DNA from: Lophium mytilinum
Taxonomy: Eukaryota
Assembly (NCBI GenBank): GCA_010093605.1
Contig: MU004188.1
Coordinates: forward strand, 995,673 to 1,059,672
Direction: 5' to 3'
Length of the DNA stretch: 64,000 bases
Below, one piece after another: positions 33,687 to 44,938 of the stretch. The translations under genes and the position numbers were made by a program. Positions within the stretch are counted from its first letter, which is position 1, and each line of letters begins with the position of its first letter. The notes under the pieces were generated by a model. The model was not told where the DNA came from and searched no databases. It was given only the letters and a program-made list of their open reading frames with translations.

Positions 33687-36018
33687 TCAGAACAAGTCCC
33701 TCATAATCTTCGACAATTCGTCTTCATGTCCAAACAACGTCGGCATCAAGTCTCCAGTCCCCATATCGGCCCCGGACATACCGAAGCCGTTTGCCAGCAT
33801 ATTCGGATAGGATCCAGCCGCTTCGAAGAGATTCGTCAGGTCATTCGCCATGCCGGCCGGACTGGCGTTCTGCATAGGGCCGCCTTCCCGGCCGTTTGAG
33901 AAGATGGCCATCTCGTCAACCGGGTGGCCTGCCAAGCCGGCCATGGCAACCGCGGCGGTGGAATGAGCGTCGTCGGCAGACATGTTGCTCATATTTAAGC
34001 CAAGTTTCGGGACGATCTCTTTCAAGCCCCGGATCGTCTTCCACAGCCGTTGCGAGACATGGGAGTCTGCCGATAGTCCACGGACGAGGTCTAGTGCCAT
34101 GTAGAACTCGTCGCGGCATTGGCTGCTGAACTGTGCGGGTGCATGGGAGACGGCTAGGAAGAGAACCGCGAGAGCTGATATGAGGAAGTAGTTGAACATG
34201 ACCTGCTGTGTTTTATAGATGTCTGAGGTTTGGTTCGTGTGGGTCAGTATACGGATGGTATCTTTCGCAATGCTGACCACAGTCTGTGCATGATCCATGT
34301 TCTCCACGATGCTAGTAGCTGTGTGGAGGACTGGCCGATAGATGACTATGCGCATCTGATTGGCCCTGAGATAGAGAGCGACCCGTAGGCGTGCCACCCC
34401 ACGAGTGCTTGGAGAAGCCTTCTGACCTGAATCTGGGTGTACGTATTTCAACGAGTCCGGTACTGAGCGGTGCCATTGGAGGATTTGGTAGTCAAGGTAC
34501 CCTATGTCTTCCTTACTGATGTTATTTTGCGTACCGTCAAAATTTGCGACAGACTTCCAGACTTTGCTCCCGATGTGGCTGTAAGCAACCATCAGGGTCA
34601 GGTACGGAGTCGAATTATTCTAGGGATCTGTCAGCGCATCTTCTCCTTCAGAGCTGTTTGGCTCACCGGCTTAGGCAATTGAGGGTCAATATCAGAATCC
34701 TGCAAAGCTAGTCCAAGCCCCGTTCCGAAACTCCACCTCCTGTCGAGTACGTAGACTGCCCAAAACGTCCGAATGGCAGTCTGTCGGTCCTCCTCGTCAT
34801 GGAAGATGAGGTTGTATGTCTCCCGGCGATGAAGCCCTAACTCCAAGCACTGCCGTGCCGCGAGTCCGCAGACGCGCCAAGCAAGGCTTTCGTCTGAACG
34901 CTCTAATTGGAAATGATACATGCTTGTTAGCATGAGCATGTGTATTCCCCTCAGGGAGACGGGGGCTAGAAGGGTCGTTTCAACCACTGTCTGTACATTC
35001 TGAAACAATTTCTGGCCAAGCTCGCTTTTGCCATATCCTTCAAGTACTAGAGCACTCGCTAGTATGAGCTTGAGTACGCTAGTCTGCTCGTCCATAATGG
35101 CATCCATGCCAGGTTTACCACTCTGCATGAGTCCTGCTCTACTCGCCGCTTCGATAAAGGTAAAGAGCATTCCGGTGTATTCGGAGATTTTCTCGTGCTC
35201 GAGGAATGGATACATCATTCCCATCTCCTCGTGCCACACATTGACAAGCCGCGTTGCTTCTTCTTTGCTTAGCGACCAGATGGGGTCTTTTGTCGCATGA
35301 AACACGGGTTTCGGTAGCCCAGAGCTCCCTAATGGTGGTGGAGACGCTGCGGGCGTTTGGTCTTGCGTTCCAATATCCTCATCTATTCCTCCTGGTGGGA
35401 AAATCCCCATTGTCTGTAGGCTCGACTTGGCTATCCCGAGGCTGAACTGAGAGCTTGTCGGACCGTGGAATTGAGGGTGTCGAGCGTGCGAGTGGGTTCT
35501 ATTATGACCAGAGGATGATATATAGCCCGAGTTCTGTGACATAGACATAGATCTGCCGTGTTCTTGACCGGTGAATGGTGTGCCCTCAGTATGCGGGGAT
35601 GTGCTGACTTGGCTTCGGAGGGAACTGATGTTCGCGAATAGCTGGTCGACTTGCTCCTGGAGCGAGGATATATGGGCGTCCATCTGCTTGAACTCCCTGT
35701 ACTGGGTTAGTAATTGCAATTCTCAAAGACCATGTATCTTACTCGGATTCTTTGAAGCTATTACAGCAGTTTGGCGCATACATGCACTCGAGCGCGAGGT
35801 TTCCGCATCGCTGACATGGGTTCTGACCGTTGCACTTAATCTTTCTGCGCTTGCATTCATTGCTACTAAGCATTAGCTCCATTCGCGCAGTCGATGTGCG
35901 CATCCTACCAAGCGATTGAGATGTATCTATTGCGCTTTGCTCGCGGCTGAGGCGTGAGATCGTCGTGCTTGCGCTTCTCGGATCCGTTCGTCGGACTGAT
36001 ACTCTCGCTATCGGCCAT
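33687..36018 (-). CDS. Zn(II)2Cys6 transcription factor with a fungal-specific TF (middle homology) domain; 4 exons
   Basis: Spliced RYISIAC|NECKRRKIKCNGQNPCQRCGNLALECMY, plus AARQCLELGLHR and RTFWAVYVLDRRWSFGTG. Confidence 0.92.
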
Positions 36019-36567
36019 CGTCGACGGCAATGTCGATATCCTAGGTTCGATCGTGGTGTTCGGAATGGATTCCGCGTGAGCGACACAGCGGAAGTTGGTG
36101 TTGAAGTGTCGCGCTCGGGCCGTTTAGTGAATAAATGCGGGGAAATTGTCACATTTCAAGGTTGTCTCCATAGGGGCCTTGGTTGGCTGAATGCCAGTGA
36201 TTGCCGGGAATTTACCATTCACACAGCACCAGGATACCAAACTTTCTAACTCAACGAGCAAACTAACTGATCTCTACCAGGCTAGGGCATGCTCGGTTTG
36301 AAAGTCCGCCATCATGATCGCGTATCGAAACGAGCCTTGGAGGATCCCTAGATGCTGGGTATGAGAAGAGCAGTGGGTCTGATTTGGAGCCTCAGACCAG
36401 GAGTGAAATTCGGGGTCCCAAATGGACATCGGTCGTCACGTTTGCGAGAGGATCTTCCCTAACTATATTCTGGGGGAAGCTTGGAGACCCCTACGTTTTA
36501 AGCTTTCAATTTGCTCTGAGTTGTATGTGCTATTTCTGATGATGCTGTTTACATGGTACATGGCTAC

Positions 36568-36792
36568 TTACACATTACATGCGACGCCTGGGTATCTGTT
36601 TATCCACCACGTATCCCTGTTGACTGCCTGCCTGTCGAAGATCCGGAACTGGTCAAATCCTAGTTGCTGCTTCAATTGACAAATTATAGCAATCCCAGAC
36701 TCTCCGGCCCCGACAACAATGCTAGGATAGTAAGTATATGCTTCTTTTTCGTACCCTTTCACACGATGGATTGTTTCCGGCATTGTAGGCAA
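36568..36792 (-). pseudogene. Truncated relic of a flavin-binding (FMO/Baeyer-Villiger type) monooxygenase; first exon only
   Basis: IVVGAGESGI (Rossmann motif) and TWWINRYPGVACN are present, then a GTAAGT donor with no recognisable downstream exons before the TF gene. Conserved GGTW reads RDTW and ACD reads ACN. Confidence 0.75.
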
Positions 36793-37683
36793 TGGATCTA
36801 AGCAGTTGAAGGCTTGATTGCTCCAAAGATGCTAAGATTGGTATAGAAGCTATAGATAACTTCTAAGAGGGGTCTGTTGACGTAGTATAGCAGCTATACT
36901 ATCAGTTTGAAAAATATTTTATGGAAGGTATAATTTTCCGGATACAGCAGGATTTAAGATAACGGAAAGAACGTATAGACGTATGTTAAAAGGCCTCAGC
37001 TCGGGTGAGATGTCTTTCTGGGTTACTGGAAGTAGTACGGTGAATACCTTGGCTGGGTTGCCTCATCGTCTCCACCCCCACAAACGTGCTAATCGTCTCC
37101 AACCCCATAAACGCGGGGCTTCGATGTCTTGGTAATCCCAGATTACTATCACTCTTCACCCGGCCACCTACTTGTACTTTCTATCGTTTTTTTGACCTCG
37201 GGAGTATACAGATTATTAGTAAATCAAAAAGCCTAGGCCTGTGCCAGGAAGAGATCGATAGCATCACCACGGAAGGGTTGAAGGCTTCGTCCGGACTACA
37301 ATTCTGGCCGTCATTTTGGAAATCGAGATAATGGGACTAGCATCTAGTTGGTACCATATCCTCAAAGCGTAAGAGAACACGATGCCTAGACAGGTGCTGC
37401 GTTTGATGGAGGGCGAGGGGCTTGAAGGATCCGGAGGCAAAGCAAAGTAGTGAGACCAGGCTACAAAAGGGCGCCCGCTGAATAAATGGTGGTAGAGGCG
37501 TTGCAGCGGTATGTTTCCACGAAAGATCGGGCTGGATATCTCCTCATAGCTTCGCCTACGTGTTTCATAGATCTTACTACGGACTTCGTCCATTGTAACT
37601 GCGAATATGCGCATGCAGATTCAACCATTTTTGAGCAGTTGCTTGACCATCCTCAAGAAGACATTAGATGCGGGAGTACGAAC

Positions 37684-39223
37684 TTATGGACGATCTAGCT
37701 TTAACGATCTAGCCGGGCTCTTCGTCAGCTTTATCAGGATCTGGCTGCATGGTGGTCTTACCGAGTTCCAATGTCCTTGCGATAGAACATGCATTCAAAT
37801 TGAATGGCTTCCACCCCTTTATATGCAGTCGCAACTGCTTCTTCGAGTGTTGCACCTCTCGCAGCAACAGAAAAGACTCGACCACCGGCAGTCTTAAGCA
37901 TGCCATTTTCGTATTGGGTCCCTGCATGGAAAACTTGCACATCTAGCATTTCGATTTAGATCAGCCGACGATTGCAATAATCAGATTGAAATTCACTAAC
38001 CTGGAGGGTAATCGTTCAAAGTAACAACATCGCCTTTGCGGTACTTTTCCGGATAACCGCCTGCTGCAATGACAACGTTGCTTGCGAAACCGGGGGTTAT
38101 GTTTAGGTCCACTTGGTCTAGCCTCCCTTGGGTACAAGCAAGTAGAATTGCTGCGAAATCGTCTTCTGAAAGGAGCATCATCATAGTCTGCGTTTCTGGG
38201 TCTCCGAAACGAGCATTGTATTCCAAGACTTTTGGTCCAGAAGACGTAAGCATGATACCAGTAAACAACAGTCCAACGAAGGGACGACCTGCAACGTGAT
38301 CAACGAAGAACTCCTTACAGGTTTTGACGCGGAATGTGGTTACCTTCTGCTTTGAGTCCTTCAAAAGTCGGCTGAAGGATTTTGCGATCGATTTCGGCCA
38401 TTTGGTCATGGCTACCAAAAGGCACAGGGGAATAGACACCCATTCCTCCGGTATTGGGGCCTTTGTTACCGTCATATATCCGTTTATGATCCTGGCTTGG
38501 GGGAAACGTTTTGGTCGTTCTTCCATCGCTTAAGGTTAATACACTTATTTCATCGCCGTCAAGATAATCTTCGATGACCACCGAGTTGCCTGCAGATCCA
38601 AATTTGCCGCTTAGCATAATGCCTTTCAGCGCCTGGTGCGCTTCCGCCCGGTCTACTGGGAGCACAACTCCTTTGCCAGCTGCTAACCCGTCCACCTTGA
38701 TTACAATCCTACTATTAGTGCTCTCGTCGTCCAGGTACGCTTGCGCATCTGCATACCGATCGAAGTTTCTATACTTGGCAGTGGGAATATCGAATTTCCT
38801 CATAAAGTCCTTAGCATATGTCTTCGAACCTTCGACTTCGGCAGCTTCTTTACTTGGAGCGAAGCAGGGAATCCCACCTGACCACGTGGTTAGAGAACAC
38901 GAGTTCATGGTGAACGAGAGGCGCATTCTGGTACTGACTGTCTTTGAAATGGTCTGCAATACCATCCACAATGGCATCGTCCGGTCCAACGACCACGAGT
39001 CCGACCCTGAGTTGTTTGGATAGGGATACAAGCCTCTGATAGTCGTTTGCAGCCACATCTTCTATGTTGGAAACATCCTGTAGGTTTGCTGTTCCTCCGT
39101 TGCCAGGCACTACATAGACGTGCTCTAGGAACGGGAACAACTCAGTTTCCACGCAAGGGCATGCTCTCGAGCACCTTTTCCTACTAGAAGTACCTTGAAC
39201 TGCTTTGTCGGCAAGGATGACAT
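37684..39223 (-). pseudogene. Monofunctional phosphoribosylamine--glycine ligase (GARS/PurD-like) with a 1-nt frameshift near the 5' end; no AIRS domain
   Basis: VLLVGKGAREHALAWKL / VYVVPGNGGT, EGSKTYAKDFM, VIKVDGLAAGKGV, QDHKRIYDGNKGPNTGGMG, LEYNARFGDPETQ, FHAGT, GGRVF and FYRKDIG. There are 4 GT-AG introns and a frame break at 39133-39135. Confidence 0.8.
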
Positions 39224-39644
39224 CTTCACTCTACTAAAGAAGACAGTAGTTGGATCTATGGTCATTTAAAGAGAACAGCCCCCTATAGAGCATAAAGCGA
39301 ATGTATAAAAGAACTTGCGAGTTTTAGAAATGTAACGGCTATCACAGCTGAAGATACGTGGTAACGAAAGATCCCTGGTAGGACACCCCTGACACGGCCT
39401 AGTTCCGCCCTTGGGCGCTCGGACCAGGTATTGGTGAAATGTCGACGTACCTTTGAGCAATTGAATGCCTTGAAGGTTCAAGTAAGGTCCTGGCAACACC
39501 ACCCTTCCACCACTCTCCACATTCACGGCATAGCAGATTTATCTGCTCGTACAGCTATAAAACCTTGAACATAGTCTCTAGGACATGATGTACCTGTGGT
39601 AGAACTATTCGGGTCAAAGCCAGCAATCTTAGACCACCACCACA

Positions 39645-40893
39645 ATGAACGCCATCGACGGCACTGATCGCCATATCAAGAGCACCGATGGTTAGTCTTC
39701 GCCTACACAACTGTTCTTTTCCTCTCATTATACGTCTTCTGTACTCTGTGACTAAACCCCTCCAGGCCCGCCACCATCCCTCCTCACCATCATCCTAGAC
39801 ACGAATCCATTCGCCTGGGCTCACCTATCTTCGATCCTCCCACTCTCCTCCGTAGTCGCGAACCTCCTCGTCTTCATAAATGCGCATCTGGCGAGCGGGA
39901 ATGCAAACGAAGTCGCCGTAATCGCGAGCCACAACAAGCGAACTGCATGGCTATACCCAACACCAGCTCCTGTCTCTGCCCATAACACAAACGGGGACAG
40001 CTCTTCGCGAAATGGGGCCGCTACGCACACCCAGAATGCGAACAAATACCAACCCTTCGCTGAAGTCGAGACGAATCTTCTGTTTAATCTAGATAATCTC
40101 CTCAAAACCACCACATCCGATGATCTTTCAACCACGACTACACAGATTGCAGGAGCCCTCTCTACTGCGCTTTCATACATCTCGAAATCCACCATCAGAC
40201 ACTCTCCCGTGGATCCAACTCTCCTAGAAAGCCATGCTCTTGTCATCGACGATGGCAACCTCACCTCACAACGCGTAAATCTCGTATCGCGGATACTGGT
40301 TCTCAGCGTGTCTGGTGACCTTGCTAGCCAGTACATTCCTGTGATGAATGCCATCTTCGCCGCACAACGCCAACGTATTCCCATCGACATTCTAAAACTC
40401 GCGGGAGACACAGTGCTACTACAGCAGGCATGTGATGCGACTGGCGGGATATATATGGCCCCTGAATCTCCTCAGGGACTGCTTCAATACCTGATGATGG
40501 CATTTTTGCCGGATGCGACAGCTCGGAAGTGGCTCGTGCTCCCTAGTGCAGGGAGTGTGGACTTTCGCGCGGCTTGCTTCTGTCACAGGAACGTCGTTGA
40601 TATCGGCTTTGTGTGCTCGGTCTGCCTAAGTAGTACGTATTCCCTAATCTAGATCTACCTCCTTGCTCTCAACCTGAGTCTAACCACGCAAAATAGTTTT
40701 CTGCTCGCCTAATCTTCCAGATTCGACGTGTTTGACCTGTTCCTCCGTGCTTTCTCTCGGCGGCGCCATTACAGCGGCGCCGGCACTCATCCCGCGGAAA
40801 AAGAAGAAGCGAAAGAGGGTGGCAGGTGATGGCAGTACTCCAGGTGGAAGTGCGACACCATTACCTGGTAATGGTACACCGGTGCATCCCTAG
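39645..40893 (+). CDS. TFB4: TFIIH subunit Tfb4/p34; 3 exons
   Basis: MNAIDG, PSLLTIILDTNP, QYIPVMNAIFAAQ, LLQQACDATGG, VDFRAACFCH...GFVCSVCLSIFC...CLTC. Confidence 0.95.
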
Positions 40894-41908
40894 GACTGCA
40901 AATGATGAGCTCCTTTACTTGTTGCCGACAGGCAATGGGGGCAGTTTCGATGATTAATGGTATATTAGCAATCGAGTTGAAAGGTAAAAAAGGTCCGCGG
41001 ACAGACTGGATGACCTATTCCCACTATATGTCGTGGTTTGATTGCTATGGTATGTTCGTGCCTGACTCCTACCCCTAAGCCCTGCTTTATCAGTCCTTCT
41101 AGGAGCTAACCTAGTCGTCTAGATCGATTAAAGGTTATGTGGCATCCGATGTTGAAGGATATCACGGCATTGGGTCTTTTGATTGAAGCGGTTGACCACT
41201 CACCCACCAATAACTAAAGGGATCAGAGCATGGTTCGTGACCGCGCCCTGACCTCCCAGTGCACGTTTCGTGCCTTTGAAGATTCATCGCGGCAAACGAA
41301 GCTGAGTCTGTGATGACTACGAGGGAAGAAATCATAAGGACTGTGATACGCCGGTGGTATTTCAGGACTCCAAGGGTTGCTCATCGTGTATGCTCCGACC
41401 TCCTATCGGTCACGTCGCATTCCTTTGAGTCAACAACGAAGATTAATATGAAACTATGATAACATATAGCCAGTGCAATGATTCATTCCTGTGAGAGCGA
41501 GCATCCTGTAATATCTTCCGAGTTTGAAAGGCTGCTCATGACCCTCGCTTCGACCTCCTGTTGAACACTCCGTACCGACGAAGACTCAGCACAGCAGACA
41601 AAGATGAAACCGTAATGGTCACGAGCATTCATGTAGGCTCATTGGCAGGTCAAGGCGTAGGGGAGGTTAGAGGGTATATAAAGATTGGTTCTGCAAGCAG
41701 GACTTCTTCACCAACCTCGAATACAGACCACTTGTCCAACGGCCAACAAATTCTACATACAGTCTCAAACTACACGCACACCGACATCTCCAAGCCTACG
41801 AAAGTTAGAGCAACGGTCAAATAACCCAAAACAACAACTCCAAAGCTGGTACGTGAGCATATAGTTCTCTAGAAGCAGCGCGTCGTCTAACGGAATAGTA
41901 GCTTCACC

Positions 41909-42322
41909 ATGTCTACTCCACCCGACGACATCCCCATCGTCTTTGACCCCAACGACCCCAATTTTCCCATTCCAACAGTTGAACCAAACGATGCAACTGT
42001 GCTAGAAAGTGTCGAGCAATACATGGCGCAATATTGCCATCACTACTACATAATTGTTTCATGCGGCCACCCTATACTCCACTCTCTCAGACGTTGTCCG
42101 AAATATCTGTGGTGGCAGATGGACTCAACCAAGGATGAGCACGAATGTGGCAATATTATCACAACGTATCCCGGGATACGATTTCCTCGCGCATATAATG
42201 GGACTCAGATGTGTGGTGGAGAGAATGGGGAATATTGCAACTATTGGCGAGGCAATCAGGCAAGGCAGGATGCGATTGTGCATAATATTAGGGCGGGTCA
42301 TCGACTACCCATTGGTATCTAA
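41909..42322 (+). CDS. Hypothetical Cys/His-rich protein, 137 aa
   Basis: ORF with a good start context (CACCATG), TATATAAA at 41675 and an apparent 5'UTR intron (41849 to about 41901). The motif is CHHYYIIVSCGH...RRC...ECG...MCGG...YC. Confidence 0.6.
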   Translation: MSTPPDDIPIVFDPNDPNFPIPTVEPNDATVLESVEQYMAQYCHHYYIIVSCGHPILHSLRRCPKYLWWQMDSTKDEHECGNIITTYPGIRFPRAYNGTQMCGGENGEYCNYWRGNQARQDAIVHNIRAGHRLPIGI

Positions 42323-43128
42323 TAGGGAAATCCCTAAGAATGAGAGGGGAGACTTAGGGTCGAGATCGGTGGATGACGACTGGTTCTGGGTGCCTTTTAG
42401 ATGTCATGCGGTCTACTATATTGTTTCTTCATCCCCTTTATGTATTTTCTTATGTTTCTATCCGGCGTTCCATAATCCCTAACCCTTTTTTTACTCTTCC
42501 TTTTTTCCTTACCCCTTTTCATTATCTCTTTCAAGTACATGCACTATACCCCACTGTCTTTTTATAGATATTAGATCGTCCCGGCTCCCGTGCAGTATCA
42601 AGCGGAGAACTACGCCAACACATCACGGCTAGTTCGCGGCGATGGCAAGGAAATGCTTGAATAGATTATACCTACACCCTAGCACCGCAAGATTTGAAAC
42701 GTGACAAAAGAACTGTTCGCACGACACAACGGGCTATTTCATTATCAATCATAGCGTCACTGCTTTTGCGGCAAATTGGATGGCTAGGTCTTTTTCCAGG
42801 AGTCAATATCAGCTTTAACACAAACAGGCCGTTAAGAAATGCCCTCTATATGGCACCCATCTCAGGTTTCTCTTGAATGAGCATACTTTCTTAAAGTCTA
42901 TTTTCAAAATGATGCATACAATATGACAGGGGGCCCAGGCAATTGCGGGGTAGATATTCAGGGGTGGGATTCTTGGCAGGAACCAAACAATGACGTGGAC
43001 GTTCGCAATGGACACGACGTCCCGCTGACATCCCGCTTCAAAGACGCCCTCAAACGCACCCTCGCAGCATCAATTGACTTTCATCGCTGTCTTCCTAAAA
43101 ACCTCAACTTCTAAACTCATCAATCACG

Positions 43129-43891
43129 ATGGATGTATGTCGCTAAATCTCCGCCGCCGCGCAAACTTAGCTGACAAGCGCAGGTCTACTACTTCTACAC
43201 CTTTAGCACCGCTGGATGGATGGGTACGACATTCGTGAATTCTAGGCAGCGCACCCTCACTCACTAACCGAACAACAGCTCTACAGGCGGCGCCACTTAT
43301 TCTGTCGCCGACTATCATAGTCGCAATGCTCTCTCCCGAAGTCAGGGACCCTTCCAGTATGCCCGCTACCTACACCACTTTCTCCCTTGCTAGTATACTG
43401 ACCAGCGCGCCCAGTCCTCGAAGTCTACTTCTCCCGTAGTCTAGGCTTCTCCCTCATCACCATCGGCATCCTCGCTGTCCTCCTTACGGGCTCCGTCCCT
43501 CTGAGCTCCCGCCTCACAGAAGGTATGTCCTTATATCCTTTCCCCTTGCAGTCTAGAGCCCTCACTTACCCCTCCAATCACAGCCGGCGGAACCACAACC
43601 GACCCCTCCGACCCCAAAGCCCCATATGCTGTGCCCACGCTCATGGTCACTCTCGTCTTCCACACTACAATCGCCTTCTATACCTACGCTCTGTGGACGC
43701 AGACGGGCGTCACATCGTTTGCGCTCGGGACTACGTTCAGCACTCTGCTCGCTGTGATCGGAGGCTGGGTCATTCTGTTTGGAAGCAGTAGCGGAAGGAT
43801 CTCGAGGAAGACGGGGGCGGACAAGAGAACGAGTGGGTTTCCGTTCAAGAATGCAGAAGCGTCGAAGAGGAGTGGCAAGAAGGCGTTGTGA
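43129..43891 (+). CDS. Conserved fungal hypothetical multi-pass membrane protein; 5 exons
   Basis: Spliced MD|VYYFYTFSTAGWM|ALQAAPLILSPTIIV...|LEVYFSRSLG..., with the C-terminus ISRKTGADKRTSGFPFKN and canonical splice signals. Confidence 0.75.
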
Positions 43892-44938
43892 GTGTTTCGA
43901 CCCCAGAGACATTAAGGTAAGATAGGTAAGCGGTTGTGGTAGGGCAATAAAGAAAAGTTTGAATAGGGTACATGGCGTTGGGAGTATTCTTGACTTGACT
44001 CTTTCGAACTGCAATGCCTTGTATAGCAAAAATTTCTTTCCTTAAAGCGTAGATGCGCATCTGAGAAAACGGAGAGAAGATATGTGATCTCTTTGATTCG
44101 TGCTATCGTGTGAGTGGTCACAGTGTGCTCTGTAGGTTCAGCATCTCGTATGCTTGTTCGTGTTCCACATGCTTCTAGCATTATAGCCAGCGGCTGACCC
44201 AATTATAGAACCCAAAGAGTTGATGATACCCTGCGCAATATGCTAATACACGGAGGCGCCAGTGAAAATCTGCTAGCCAGCGGCGTCGGCGACATGATTC
44301 TATCTATTTCGTTCCTAGACACATAGTTGCTAGTGCTTGGGGGGCTTCAGAACCCTTTCGTGAAATCGAAGGTATTTAAGACCCTTCCCCCGGGTTGCCT
44401 GTATAAGATAGGCGTCACTATCTGTGGCGGTCTTGCGATGTCACCGTCCACTTCTCCTCGTCCAGACTTCTGCATTATCGGAGCACCTGGACAGCCGCAT
44501 CTTAGTATACACAGAGCACTATCATAGCTTAAAATCACCGCCAAATAGGTGAAGCGAAGCAAAGTACTGGTGTGTTGCCCGTTACAGCGCGGGTGACGCG
44601 TTTGGGCGCGGCTGTTTACTTCGATGTCGACGTCAACTAAGTCTTCTCGCCGCCCCACCTCCGAACAGCTTCACGCCCACCCTGTTCCACCTCACCTCAC
44701 TCTAAACACTGCGATGGGTGTGCCCTGAGGCGCTCATCGTCTGCTGCTGTTATCAACAATCCTCTATCACCTGCCGTTGCGCAGCGAAGACCTCACTGCC
44801 TCACTCTCGTATGTCCTCCGCACTGCAGGCCAAAATCAAAACAAACTCATCACAACAACAACAAGACTAGTGATCTTACTGCTCTAAACAAACATTAGCA
44901 TCTCTAGGAGCGCAACCGCTGGCTGCTACTCTTTCGCC

